A DNA stretch of 64,000 bases, taken from an uncultured Solirubrobacterales bacterium. GTDB lineage: Bacteria; Actinomycetota; Thermoleophilia; Solirubrobacterales; Solirubrobacteraceae. A model generated the notes under the pieces. The model was not told the DNA's origin, searched no databases, and was given only the letters and a program-made list of their open reading frames with translations. This document shows, one piece after another, positions 1 through 9,382 of this stretch. How positions within the stretch are numbered: position 1 is the stretch's first letter; every line of letters begins with the position of its first letter. Both the position numbers and the translations under genes were made by a program. The stretch is taken from the NCBI GenBank assembly GCA_963787535.1, contig CAWBDB010000006.1, forward strand, positions 54,944 to 118,943, given 5' to 3'.

Positions 1-645
1 GACGCCAAGCTGCGGGTGCAGACTCGCGTGCAGATCGCCGAGCTCCAACGCCGGCTGGAGACGACCACCGTCTACGTCACCCACGACCAGGGGGAGGCGA
101 TGACGCTCGGCGACCGGGTCGCCGTGCTCAAGGACGGAACGCTTCAGCAGTATGCACCGCCCCGCGAGCTCTACGACAACCCGGTGAACGCTTTCGTTGC
201 CGGTTTCATCGGGCTGCCGCAGATGAACCTGATCCGCCTGGCGATTGACGACGGGTGCGTACACCTGGGCAGCGAGACGATCAAGTTGCCGCAGGCGCTG
301 GTGCAGGCGGCGGGGGAGCGGGGCGCCACGAAGATCATCGTCGGCATCCGTCCCGAGCACGTCTCGGTCGCTGACGAATCGGGTGAGGGCATACGGGGCG
401 AGGTGGTGCTGGTCGAGTCGCTGGGCGCGGACTCCTACGTCCATGCCGAGATCGAAGGCGCGGAGGCGAGCTTCGTCGCCCGGACCGAGGGGTATGACTC
501 GCGCCGGCCGGGGACCAACGTGCGGCTGCGGATCGACCCGGGCCGGATCTTCGGCTTTGACGCCGAGTCCGAGGAGCGGCTCGGGAACGGTTCCGCAAAC
601 GCCCAGGCCGCGGCTGCGCCGGCGGCGTCTACAGGCGCGCGCTGA
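1..645 (+). CDS. MalK/MsiK-family sugar ABC transporter ATP-binding subunit (5' truncated by window)
   Basis: H-loop region TTVYVTHDQGEAMTLGDR, ELYDNPVNAFVAGFIG, C-terminal TOBE-like region with GIRPEH. Confidence 0.9.
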   Translation, partial: DAKLRVQTRVQIAELQRRLETTTVYVTHDQGEAMTLGDRVAVLKDGTLQQYAPPRELYDNPVNAFVAGFIGLPQMNLIRLAIDDGCVHLGSETIKLPQALVQAAGERGATKIIVGIRPEHVSVADESGEGIRGEVVLVESLGADSYVHAEIEGAEASFVARTEGYDSRRPGTNVRLRIDPGRIFGFDAESEERLGNGSANAQAAAAPAASTGAR

Positions 646-649
646 CGCG

Positions 650-1573
650 CTAACGATCACCCGGCGGGTCGCCGACGACGATCTGAGACCGCAGCCGCCG
701 GTAGAGCTCGGCGTCGAAGGACCCGGCCAGCGGCGCGGGCACCGCGGCCGCCGACAGCGCCGCCGCGTCCACCAGCCGGGCCGGCCAGGGAAGACGATCG
801 AGCATTCCCGCCACCAGCGCCGCCGATGCCGCATCCCCGGCGCCGGTTGGATTGCCGCTGAGCGGTTCAGGCGGGGCGGCATGCAGAACGCAGTCCTCGG
901 CCACAGCGGTGAGCCCCGAGGCGCCCTCAGTGATAACCACCGCGTCGGCACCCGCCTGTCGCAGCGCCGCCGCCCCATCAACCACGTGGCCGTCGCCGAC
1001 GACGTGTTCAAGCTCGGACCGGTTGATCTTCACCACCGCCGGGCGAGCGCTCAAGGCGCGTTGGCACGACTCGCCGTCGGCATCCAGCAGCGCCGGCACG
1101 TCCGCCTCCAGCGCCGCCCGGACCAGCTGCGCGTAGGCGTCACTGCCAACACCACCGGGAACGCTGCCCGAGATCACCACCGCCTCGGCGGTCGGCAACA
1201 GCTCCCGGAAGCGCTCGGAGAATGCCAGCCATTCTCCTGCCGTCACGATCGGCCCCGGTTCGGAGAATCCGGTCGCCTGTCCGTCGCGTTCGGCGACCAC
1301 CAATGTGAGCCGGGACTCGCCCTCGATCCCGGTCAGCTCGTCCTGCAGGCCGGCCGCGCTGAGCTCGGTGCGCGCCGCGCGACCGATGAGGCCCCCGGCC
1401 AGCCCGGTGACCGCAACCTCATGACCCAGCGCGTGGAGCACTCGGGCAACGTTCACTCCCTTTCCGCCCGCCCGTCGCGCGAACGTCTCGATCCGGGTGG
1501 TGGCGCCCCGCTCGAAGCGTTCTACCTGGTAGGTGACATCGAGCGCGAAATTGAGCGTGACGGTGAGAATCAA
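650..1573 (-). CDS. 1-phosphofructokinase-family (PfkB) hexose kinase
   Basis: N-terminal ILTVTLNFALD, AGGKGVNVARVL, C-terminal NPTGAGDAA ribokinase signature. Confidence 0.9.
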   Translation of the reverse strand: MILTVTLNFALDVTYQVERFERGATTRIETFARRAGGKGVNVARVLHALGHEVAVTGLAGGLIGRAARTELSAAGLQDELTGIEGESRLTLVVAERDGQATGFSEPGPIVTAGEWLAFSERFRELLPTAEAVVISGSVPGGVGSDAYAQLVRAALEADVPALLDADGESCQRALSARPAVVKINRSELEHVVGDGHVVDGAAALRQAGADAVVITEGASGLTAVAEDCVLHAAPPEPLSGNPTGAGDAASAALVAGMLDRLPWPARLVDAAALSAAAVPAPLAGSFDAELYRRLRSQIVVGDPPGDR

Positions 1574-2598
1574 CGCTGCGGTTCGAGCTGAATCTTCACC
1601 GCCGCCTCACCGTCGATCCCCTCAGCGGCGCTACGAAATGCCTGCTCAGCCTCCGTCAGCGGGAAAGATCGGGTGATCAGCCGCTGCACCGGCACCTGGC
1701 CGCCGGTGATCAACTCGATTGCTTGCTCGACGTCCCGCCGCACGTACATCGCGGTGCCCTGCAGTCGCAGCTCGCGGTCCTGGACGAGGTGCAGGGGGAT
1801 GGACATCGCCCCGCGCGGCACGCCCTCGACGACGACGGTCCCGCCCTTGAGTGCCAGCGCGATCGCCTGGTCGATCGACGCCTGGGTGGAGACGCAGTCG
1901 AAAACGACGTCGGGCCGGCGCGGGAGGCTGCTCCGGATCTGCTCCACGGCATCGGCCGCGGTCGGGTCTATGGCCAAGTCGGCTCCCAGCTCCAGGGCCA
2001 GCGCGCGCTTGGCGGGGAGCGGATCGGTGACGGCGATTGCCGATGCCCCGGCGGCTCGTGCGGCGAGCATCGTCAGCAACCCGATCGATCCCGCTCCGAG
2101 GATGGCCACCGTGCGGGCATCCACGCCGTCGGCCACGCGGACCGCGTGGGTCGCTGTGGAGAGGGGTTCGACCATCGCCGCCTGGGCCATGGTCATCTCG
2201 CTGGGCACCAGATGAAAGCGCTCCGCGGGCGCTACGAACGCGTCCGCCAGGGCACCGCTGGTCTGGCAGCCGACCACCTGGAGGTGCTCGCATAGGTTGT
2301 AGCGACCGCTCTGGCAGTAGACACATTCACGGTCGACCAGGTTCGGCTCCAGCAGGACGGCATCCCCCGGGGCGAAGCCTTCAACCCCGTCACCGACCGC
2401 GTCGACCACCCCGGCGGCCTCGTGCCCAGGCACCACCGGCAGATCGATGAATGGGTGCTCGTCGGCGAACGCGTGCAGGTCAGACCCGCAGATCCCGACC
2501 GCCTGCGCGCGCACCCGCAGCTCGCCCGCACCCGGCTCAGGCAGCGGCGCTTCCTCGATTCGGAGCTCACCCGCCGCAGCGAGTACAACCTGCCGCAT
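1570..2598 (-). CDS. Zn-dependent polyol/sugar-alcohol dehydrogenase (MDR family)
   Basis: GICGSD, GHE, structural-Zn Cys cluster, GAGSIG; start moved to ATG 2598, which follows a GGAGAGGGA RBS; overlaps pfkB start by 4 nt. Confidence 0.9.
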   Translation of the reverse strand: MRQVVLAAAGELRIEEAPLPEPGAGELRVRAQAVGICGSDLHAFADEHPFIDLPVVPGHEAAGVVDAVGDGVEGFAPGDAVLLEPNLVDRECVYCQSGRYNLCEHLQVVGCQTSGALADAFVAPAERFHLVPSEMTMAQAAMVEPLSTATHAVRVADGVDARTVAILGAGSIGLLTMLAARAAGASAIAVTDPLPAKRALALELGADLAIDPTAADAVEQIRSSLPRRPDVVFDCVSTQASIDQAIALALKGGTVVVEGVPRGAMSIPLHLVQDRELRLQGTAMYVRRDVEQAIELITGGQVPVQRLITRSFPLTEAEQAFRSAAEGIDGEAAVKIQLEPQR

Positions 2599-2627
2599 TC
2601 CCTCTCCTTTTTCGCCGCATCCGCCTG

Positions 2628-2641
2628 GGAAAGCTCTTTCC
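2628..2641. promoter_or_regulatory. LacI-type palindromic operator candidate (GGAAAG-CT-CTTTCC)
   Basis: Perfect 6-bp inverted repeat in the divergent promoter between the dehydrogenase and ROK kinase; resembles LacI-family TGNAANCGNTTNCA-type sites. Confidence 0.55.
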
Positions 2642-2683
2642 GGTGACGCCAGCGGATAAACGGCGGCCACGTACCATGACCGG

Positions 2684-3582
2684 GTGAGCAAGCTCTACGG
2701 CGGGGTCGAAACCGGCGGGACGTGGTGCGTGTGTGCAATCGGCCGAGGCCCGAACGAAATCGTGGCTCAGGAACAGTTTCCGACCACTAGCCCGGATGAG
2801 ACGCTGGCGCGGATCGTCGCCTTCTTCCACGCCGCCCCGGCCGCCGAGGCGATCGGCGTCGGCTCGTTCGGCCCAGTCGACCTCGACCCGCGCTCCTCGA
2901 CCTGGGGCTATGTCACCACCACGCCCAAGCCCGGCTGGCAGCAGATTGCCGTGGCCCCGGTCATTCGTGAGCAACTCGGGGTGCCGGTGGCCTTCGACAA
3001 CGACGTCGATGCCGCGGCCCTGGGGGAGCAGCGTTGGGGCGCGGGACAAGGAGCCGGATCGCTGTGCTACCTGACCGTCGGCACCGGGATCGGAGGCGGG
3101 CTGCTGATCGACGGACAGCCGTGGCACGGACTCGTGCACCCCGAGGTGGGACACATGCGGATCCCGCGCGAGCGCGATCGCGAGGGGTTCCCGGGCGTCT
3201 GCCCGGTTCACGGTGACTGCTGGGAGGGTGTGGCCTCCGGACCGGCGATGGCCGAGCGCTGGAGGGCATCCCCTGAGGAGCTCCCCGACGATCACCCCGC
3301 ATGGGAGATCGAGGCCGACTACCTGGCGCTCGGGATCCTCAGCATCGTCCTGGTCGCCTCGCCGGAACTGATGATCCTCGGAGGTGGCGTGATGGAGCGG
3401 CGTCCCCTGCTCGGTATGGTCCGGCGGCGGCTGAGGGGAGCTACTGGCGGGATACCTCCAGACGCCGCTGCTTGCAGAGGAGATCGATTCCTATGTTGTC
3501 TCACCTGGCGCTGGGGGATCGGGCCGGCGTACTCGGGGCGATCGCCTTGGCCCAGCGGGTGGCCGAGGAAGTAGAGCGGTAA
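2684..3582 (+). CDS. ROK-family fructokinase, two apparent +1 G frameshifts near the 3' end (~3435, ~3506)
   Basis: GGVETGGT, GVGSFGP, DNDVDAAALGE, TVGTGIGGG, EVGH, C-x-x-HGDCWEG. Removing one G at each site restores RRRLRELLAGYLQ...VVSPALGDRAGVLGAIALA. Confidence 0.85.
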
Positions 3583-3640
3583 CGCATACAGCCGTTGCCC
3601 GGCTGATCGCGGCGACGCTTCACCTCAGCCCGCTCGGGGA

Positions 3641-4033
3641 CTACTGCGCGTCGGGCCAGGCGGCTGTGGCCCTGACCCCATCGCCGCCCTCGGGCTTGGG
3701 GCCGCCTACGGCGATGATGTCGAGCCCGTCGGGTCCGGCCTCGAATGCCCGCACCACCTCAGGGGCAACGCGCACGACGTCCCACTGGTGCAGATCGTGG
3801 ACCTCATCATCGAGCAGCACCCGCCCGGAGCCGGCCACGACCACGTAGGCCTCCTCCTGCTCACGGTGGCTATGCGCCATCGGACTGCGCAGGTTGGGTT
3901 CGTAGCGGAAGAGGCTGACCCCGAGATCCCGGGATCCCAGATGCTTGCGGCCGAATCGAGCCTCGAGGCCGGAGACCCGGTCCCCGACGGAGTCCTCGAC
4001 ATCCAGCAGGTTCACGGCGGCGAAATCGGGCAT
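3641..4033 (-). CDS. Cupin-domain protein
   Basis: HSHREQEEAYVVVAGSG cupin motif 1; VVRVAPEVVRAF motif 2. Confidence 0.8.
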   Translation of the reverse strand: MPDFAAVNLLDVEDSVGDRVSGLEARFGRKHLGSRDLGVSLFRYEPNLRSPMAHSHREQEEAYVVVAGSGRVLLDDEVHDLHQWDVVRVAPEVVRAFEAGPDGLDIIAVGGPKPEGGDGVRATAAWPDAQ

Positions 4034-4148
4034 CGGACTCCTTTGGCAGCGGACGGTGATCTTCCTCCACCTTAGCCTCGGTCAGGGCCGCCGGTCATCG
4101 TCGGGCCTTCGGGAGCCGGTCCCGGGGGCGGCGTCGTAGGATTCTCAT

Positions 4149-5128
4149 ATGCCCGCTTCCGCGACCACCGCTCCCACGCCGACCGACCTTGACCGGCATC
4201 GCTCCGCGCTGATCGGCTACTGCTATCGGATGCTCGGCTCGCCGTCCGAGGCTGAGGACGCCGTGCAGGACACCCTGTTGCGCGCGTGGCGAAGCATCGA
4301 CCGCTTCGAGGGCCGCTCGTCGCTGAAATCGTGGCTGTACCGGATTGCCACCAACGTCTGCCTCGACCACCTGGATGGCCGTCAGCGCCGCGCGCGCCCG
4401 ATGGACCTGGGACCGGCGAGGGCGGCCGAGCTTGCCAACCTAAACGCTCTCTCCAACGAGGCCTGGATCGAGCCAATTCCTGACACCCTCGTGGCTCAGG
4501 ATCCCGATCCCGCCGAGGCGGCGGTGCGCAGCGAGAGCATCCGCCTGGCCTTCGTCGCCGCGCTCCAGCAGCTCCCGCCACGTCAGCGCGCCGCGCTGAT
4601 CCTGTGCGAGGTGCTGCACTGGAAGTCTTCGGAAGCGGCCGAGCTGCTGGAGACGAGCACGGCCTCGATCAACAGCGCGCTGCAGCGCGCTCGGACCACA
4701 CTCGCCGACAGCCCCGGCGACGCCACCATCCGCGTGGGCGACCTAAGCCCCCCGACCAGGCCTTTCTGGCGCGGTACGTCGACGCGTTCGAGCGCTATGA
4801 CATGGAAGCGCTGACTTCGCTCATCCACGAGGACGCGACGCAATCGATGCCGCCGTACGATTTGTGGCTGGCCGGCCGCGACGACATCCTGACGTGGTGG
4901 GAGGGTCCGGGCAGCGGCTGTCGCGGCTCCCGGGTGATCCCCACCGTCTCGGCCAACGGATCGCCGGCCTTCGGCCAGTACAAGCCGGCTGAGTCGGGCG
5001 GAGGATACGAGCCGTGGGCCCTGCAGGTGCTCGAGATCGAGCACGGCCGCATCGTCGAGTTGACCTTCTTCCTCAACACGCAGGCGCTGTTCCCGCGGTT
5101 CGGCCTGCCTCTCCAGATCGACGCCTGA
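4149..5128 (+). CDS. ECF sigma-70 factor, SigG-like with C-terminal SnoaL-like extension; -1 frameshift in C6 run at 4748-4753
   Basis: Region 2 ([29 protein letters not shown]) and region 4 ([11 protein letters not shown]) in ORF 4149; continuation [29 protein letters not shown] in ORF 4604 frame. Confidence 0.85.
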
Positions 5129-5272
5129 GCCGCGGGACAGCAGGGCGACGGCGGGATGAAGCTCCGCCGGTGCTGCTGCGGATCTGTGACTGGTGAGGTG
5201 GACGTGCTCAATCCTGATCTGGCGTGGCGCGATACCGCGAGTTCGGCTGCGAACTCCTCTGACGTGCTCACG

Positions 5273-5307
5273 GGCGATCTCGGACGCAGCGGCAGCGCGA
5301 GATCGCC
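5273..5307. terminator. Hairpin between convergent sigma and STAS genes
   Basis: GGCGATCTCG (5273-5282) / CGAGATCGCC (5298-5307) perfect 10-bp inverted repeat followed by TTT. Confidence 0.45.
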
Positions 5308-5340
5308 TTTGGCCTACCTACTCGCCACGTCCGGAGCCGG

Positions 5341-5630
5341 TCAGTGGCAGCGCAGCACCTCGCCCGACCCACCAGTTCCACCAGCTGCAACAGCTCGACA
5401 CTGGCGCCCTGTAACCACACCCCGCATCCCTGCCGCCGTGCTCCCAAAGCCAGCCCGGCCAGGGCCTCGATCGTCACCACGTCGACCGGGACGCCACTTA
5501 CCTCGCACACCAACACCCCGTTCGGCCGTCCCTGCAGCGCGGCGCAGGCCCGGCGATAGAGGCCGGGCAGGTCTGACCGGGCGATCGGTCCGTGGATCGT
5601 CAGTGACGCGGTCGGTCCTGCGGGGCCCAT
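5341..5630 (-). CDS. Small STAS-domain protein (anti-anti-sigma-like), probable 1-base deletion near 5366
   Basis: LTIHGPIARSDLPGL...LVCEVSGV..DVVTIEALAGLALGARRQGC.VWLQGASVELLQLVELVG; adding one base gives ...GLGEVLRCH-stop at 5341. Confidence 0.7.
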
Positions 5631-5658
5631 CCCGGCCTCCGCTGCGCCGGCGTCCCCG

Positions 5659-7209
5659 TCAGCCGCTCTCGGCGCAGACCGGCACCGACACCTCGGGCCC
5701 AAGCTCGGGCTCGGCAGCCGGGCGGGCCCGCGCCATGCTCGCCGCTGCCTGCAGCACGAACACCGCCACCACGATCGCCACCACCACCAGCCCGGCACCG
5801 ATCCAGAAGGCGATGTGGTAGCCCGAGGTCAGCGCTGCCGCCGTCGGGGTCCCGTGGCGCATCAGCCCTTGGCTGTGGGTCGAGGCCACCGTCGCCAGCA
5901 CGGCCAGCCCCAACGCGCCACCGACCTGGGCGGTCGTGTTCACCAGCCCCGAGGCCAGACCGGCGTCCTCGGGTCCGGCACCGGCCATCGCCAGGGCCAT
6001 CAGAGCCGGGAACGCACCACCGATTCCCAGTCCAAGGATCACCAGCGCCGGCAGCACATGGACGACGTAGTCCTCATGCTCGGGGACCTGGGCGAACCAG
6101 GCCAGGCCCACAGCGGCCAGCGACATTCCGGCGATCAGCGTCCGGCGCGGCCCGAAGCGCATCACCAGCCGCTCGGAGTAGCGCAGCGACATCGTTCCCA
6201 TGACCAGGGTGGTGGGCAGGAACGCCAGCCCGATCTCCAGCGCGTCGTAGCGCAGCACCCGCTGCAGGTACAGGGCACCGAGGAAGAACATGCCGAACAT
6301 CCCGGCCACGAGCAGTGCCTGGATCAGGTTGGCTCCGGCCAGGTCACGGGAGCGAAACACCCGCAAAGGGATCAGCGGGCGCTCGGCCATGGCCTCCCGA
6401 ACCAGAAAACCGGCGAGCAGAGCCAGCGAGGCTGCGGCCAGGATCAGCGTGGGCGTCGCGCCCCAGCCGTGACGTGCGGCCGGCACGACGATCGTGTACA
6501 CGCCGAGCATCAGTGAGGCGACGATCAGCATCGCGCCGGGAATGTCGGCCCCGTGGCTCAGGCCGATGCCGCGCCCGGGGGCGAGCAGCCGCAGAGCGAG
6601 CGTCGCCGTCACCACGCCGATCGGGACGTTGATGAAGAAGATCCAATGCCAGTCGATGGCCTGGGTCAGCACGCCTCCGGCGAGCAAGCCGATCGATCCC
6701 CCCGCCGAGGCCACGAAGCCGTAGACGCCGATCGCCTTGGCCTGCTCCCGCGGCTCAGGAAACATCGTCACGATCATCCCGAGGATCACTGCCGAGGTCA
6801 TCGCTCCGCCCATCCCCTGGACGAAGCGGGCGGCCACCAGCGCCTCCTGGGAGCCGGCCAGTCCGCACGCCATCGAGGCGGCCGTGAACACACCCAGGCC
6901 GGCGAGGAACATGCGGCGGTGCCCGAGCAGGTCGCCGAAGCGTCCGGCGAGCAGCAGCAGGCCGCCAAAGGAGATCAGGTACGCGTTGACCACCCAGGCC
7001 AGGCTCGACCCGGAGAAGCCCAGGTCGCTCTGGATCGAAGGCAGGGCGACGTTCACCACCGTGACGTCGAGCACGATCATCAGCATCCCCGCGCACAGCA
7101 CGTACAGCGCCAGCCAGCGCCGACGCGCGGCGGCTCGATCGGGTGCGGTAGGGGGTGGGCGGTCACCGACGGTGGTGGTCATCACGGTCTCCTGTGGTTC
7201 TGGGGTCAC
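5659..7209 (-). CDS. DHA2 (14-TM, EmrB/QacA-like) MFS efflux transporter
   Basis: LDVTVVNVALPSIQ, GRFGDLLGHRR motif A, WHWIFFINVPIG. Confidence 0.9.
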   Translation of the reverse strand: MTPEPQETVMTTTVGDRPPPTAPDRAAARRRWLALYVLCAGMLMIVLDVTVVNVALPSIQSDLGFSGSSLAWVVNAYLISFGGLLLLAGRFGDLLGHRRMFLAGLGVFTAASMACGLAGSQEALVAARFVQGMGGAMTSAVILGMIVTMFPEPREQAKAIGVYGFVASAGGSIGLLAGGVLTQAIDWHWIFFINVPIGVVTATLALRLLAPGRGIGLSHGADIPGAMLIVASLMLGVYTIVVPAARHGWGATPTLILAAASLALLAGFLVREAMAERPLIPLRVFRSRDLAGANLIQALLVAGMFGMFFLGALYLQRVLRYDALEIGLAFLPTTLVMGTMSLRYSERLVMRFGPRRTLIAGMSLAAVGLAWFAQVPEHEDYVVHVLPALVILGLGIGGAFPALMALAMAGAGPEDAGLASGLVNTTAQVGGALGLAVLATVASTHSQGLMRHGTPTAAALTSGYHIAFWIGAGLVVVAIVVAVFVLQAAASMARARPAAEPELGPEVSVPVCAESG

Positions 7210-7212
7210 CCC

Positions 7213-7242
7213 TATGACCGGACTGGGCGGGAAAGGTCATCG
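7213..7242 (-). promoter_or_regulatory. SigG-like ECF promoter upstream of the MFS gene
   Basis: Minus strand reads CGATGA-N18-GTCATA, ending 3 nt before GTG 7209; close to the recalled M. tuberculosis SigG consensus CGATGA-N18-GTCNNTA. Confidence 0.5.
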
Positions 7243-7720
7243 CCGGGGCGCCCGAAACGCGCCCTCATCGCTGACCTCACGCCGGACGCCCCGCGTCGGT
7301 GCCCGATGAACCCTCGGATTCAGGGCGCTCTCCCCGTATACGGCCGGTCGCGCGCTACCACCCGGGGACCAGGGAGAAGAGAGTAACTCTGCCGACTTAG
7401 ACTACTGGACCGGTGCGGGGAAGGGGACTGGCCTGGAGCCCCCGGCCGCCGCAAGCAGGTTCTGGGCCGCGGTCCGACCCGTGCGGATCGTCCACTGCCC
7501 GTCACCACCACTCCGGCGACGGTTGCTCGCGCAGTGCGGGTCGGACCACGTCAGCCGGCGATGAAGTGTTGGAGGGCTCCGGCGAGCGAGCGCTTCAGCG
7601 TGCAATTCAAACAGGCTGCGTTCATCACCCCGACCGCTGTGGGCGGTCGAAGGCCTGGCGGCTGGTGAGGTCCATCAGGGTTGCGGCTGGGGGTGGCCCC
7701 ATCCCTGTCACGCTGGCGAC

Positions 7721-8476
7721 GTGACTCCCCTGCACGCGGTGGCGATCTTCGCCGCCGGCATCCTCGCCGGCACGATCAACACGGTGGTGGGCAGCGGCAC
7801 CCTGATCACCTTTCCGGTGCTGCTGGCGTTTGGCTATGCGCCGGTGACCGCGAACGTCTCGAATACGATCGGCCTGGTACCCGGCTCGGCCGCCGGAGCG
7901 TTCGGCTACCGACGTGAGCTCAGCGGCCAGCGCGGCCGTACCATCCCGCTCGCGGTCGCATCGCTGCTGGGGGGGACCGCCGGCGCGATTGCCCTGCTGA
8001 CGCTGCCGGCCTCCGCGTTCAAGGCGATCGTCCCCGCATTCATCGTGATCGCGCTGGCCCTGATCGTCGCCCAGCCGCGACTGGCGCGTGCCCTTGACCG
8101 CCGCCGCACCGGGACCCGTCCCCACGGCGGCGGACCGATCGCGCTGGCAGGGGTGTTCGCCAGCGGCGTCTACGGCGGCTACTTCGGCGCCGCGCAGGGG
8201 ATCTTGCTGCTGGCGATCCTCGGGCTCACGCTCCCGGAGGAGCTGCAGCGGATCAACGCGGTGAAGGTCGTGCTCGCCGGGCTGGTCAACCTGATCGCCG
8301 GGCTGGTGTTCGTGTTCGCCGCCCACGTGGCCTGGGATGTGACACTGCTGATCGCCGTGGGGTCGTCGATCGGCGGACTGTCCGGAGCGCGAGTGGGCAG
8401 GCGGCTGCCGCCGGCGGGACTGCGTGCGGTTATCGTGGTCGTCGGAATCGCCGCGATCGTTCGCCTGGTGTCCTGA
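7721..8476 (+). CDS. Sulfite exporter TauE/SafE-family membrane protein
   Basis: AGTINTVVGSGTLITFP, GVYGGYFGAAQG; ~8 TM segments. Confidence 0.85.
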   Translation: MTPLHAVAIFAAGILAGTINTVVGSGTLITFPVLLAFGYAPVTANVSNTIGLVPGSAAGAFGYRRELSGQRGRTIPLAVASLLGGTAGAIALLTLPASAFKAIVPAFIVIALALIVAQPRLARALDRRRTGTRPHGGGPIALAGVFASGVYGGYFGAAQGILLLAILGLTLPEELQRINAVKVVLAGLVNLIAGLVFVFAAHVAWDVTLLIAVGSSIGGLSGARVGRRLPPAGLRAVIVVVGIAAIVRLVS

Positions 8477-8479
8477 GGG

Positions 8480-9382
8480 TCACCCGTCCCGGACGGCGAT
8501 GCGGAACTCTGCCCGGTGCTGCTGCCCAGGCGCGAGCATGCTCAGATCCTCGCCGCTGCGCAGGGCGTTGGTCAGCGCGGTCATCGGTTCAAAGCAGATG
8601 TAGTCATGCTCCGGTGGCGCATAGACCTGTCCGTACGGGAACCCGTCCACGAGCTCCAGCTCGCGCTCGCGCTCGCCCGCGCTGACCGTGAACCGCGCCG
8701 GCTGTCCGCTCAGCACCAGTCCATCGTCCCAGCTGGTCTGCTCGAGCCGGAACGCCGTTGGCCCGAGCGGCTCCCGCGCGCCGGTCGGGATGCTGCGCTC
8801 GTCCAGGACCAGACGCTCGCATCCGGGCAGTGCCACCCGGCACGCTTGCCGCGGGCGGTCGGGCAGGCGCAGGTAAGGGTGGTAGCCGAAGGAGACGGGC
8901 ACGGGCTCACCGGCGCCGGCGATCACGGTGGTGATGATTCGCAGCTCGCCCTCGCCCACCACCGCGTCGATCCGGACCTCGTGGCGAAACGGGAACAGGG
9001 TCAGCAGTTGCTCCTCCTCCCAGCGCAGACGAGCGGAAATTCGCGAACCGGAGCCCGTCGCCTCCCAGCGCATCAGCCCCGGCAACACCCCGTGGATCGG
9101 GAGGCCATTCGGGTCCCGCGGGATCCGAGCCGGGTCGTTCGGCAGCTGGATCCGCCGGCCGGCAACCTCGTAGTCCGGATGCGCCAGCCGGTTCGCCCAC
9201 GGGTACAGCAGCGGAATGCCCATTGTCTTCCCCTGCGCGGCGTAGGCCTCGAGGCCCCGACCCCGATCCAGCAACTCCTCTCCGCGATGCTCCCACGAGC
9301 AGCACACCATGCCCGCCAGCGGCACGAACGAGGCTCGGGTGGCGCCCAGCTCTGACTTGATCTCCACGGTCTGAAAACTCAC
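8480..9382 (-). CDS. Aldose 1-epimerase family protein
   Basis: LLYPWANRL, PIHG, FGYHPY, ICFEPMT. Confidence 0.85.
   Translation of the reverse strand: MSFQTVEIKSELGATRASFVPLAGMVCCSWEHRGEELLDRGRGLEAYAAQGKTMGIPLLYPWANRLAHPDYEVAGRRIQLPNDPARIPRDPNGLPIHGVLPGLMRWEATGSGSRISARLRWEEEQLLTLFPFRHEVRIDAVVGEGELRIITTVIAGAGEPVPVSFGYHPYLRLPDRPRQACRVALPGCERLVLDERSIPTGAREPLGPTAFRLEQTSWDDGLVLSGQPARFTVSAGERERELELVDGFPYGQVYAPPEHDYICFEPMTALTNALRSGEDLSMLAPGQQHRAEFRIAVRDG

Noticed and set aside
5201-5270. GACGTGCTCA direct repeat 60 bp apart
   Set aside because: Two copies of a 10-mer between convergent genes, with no promoter context; insufficient support for function.
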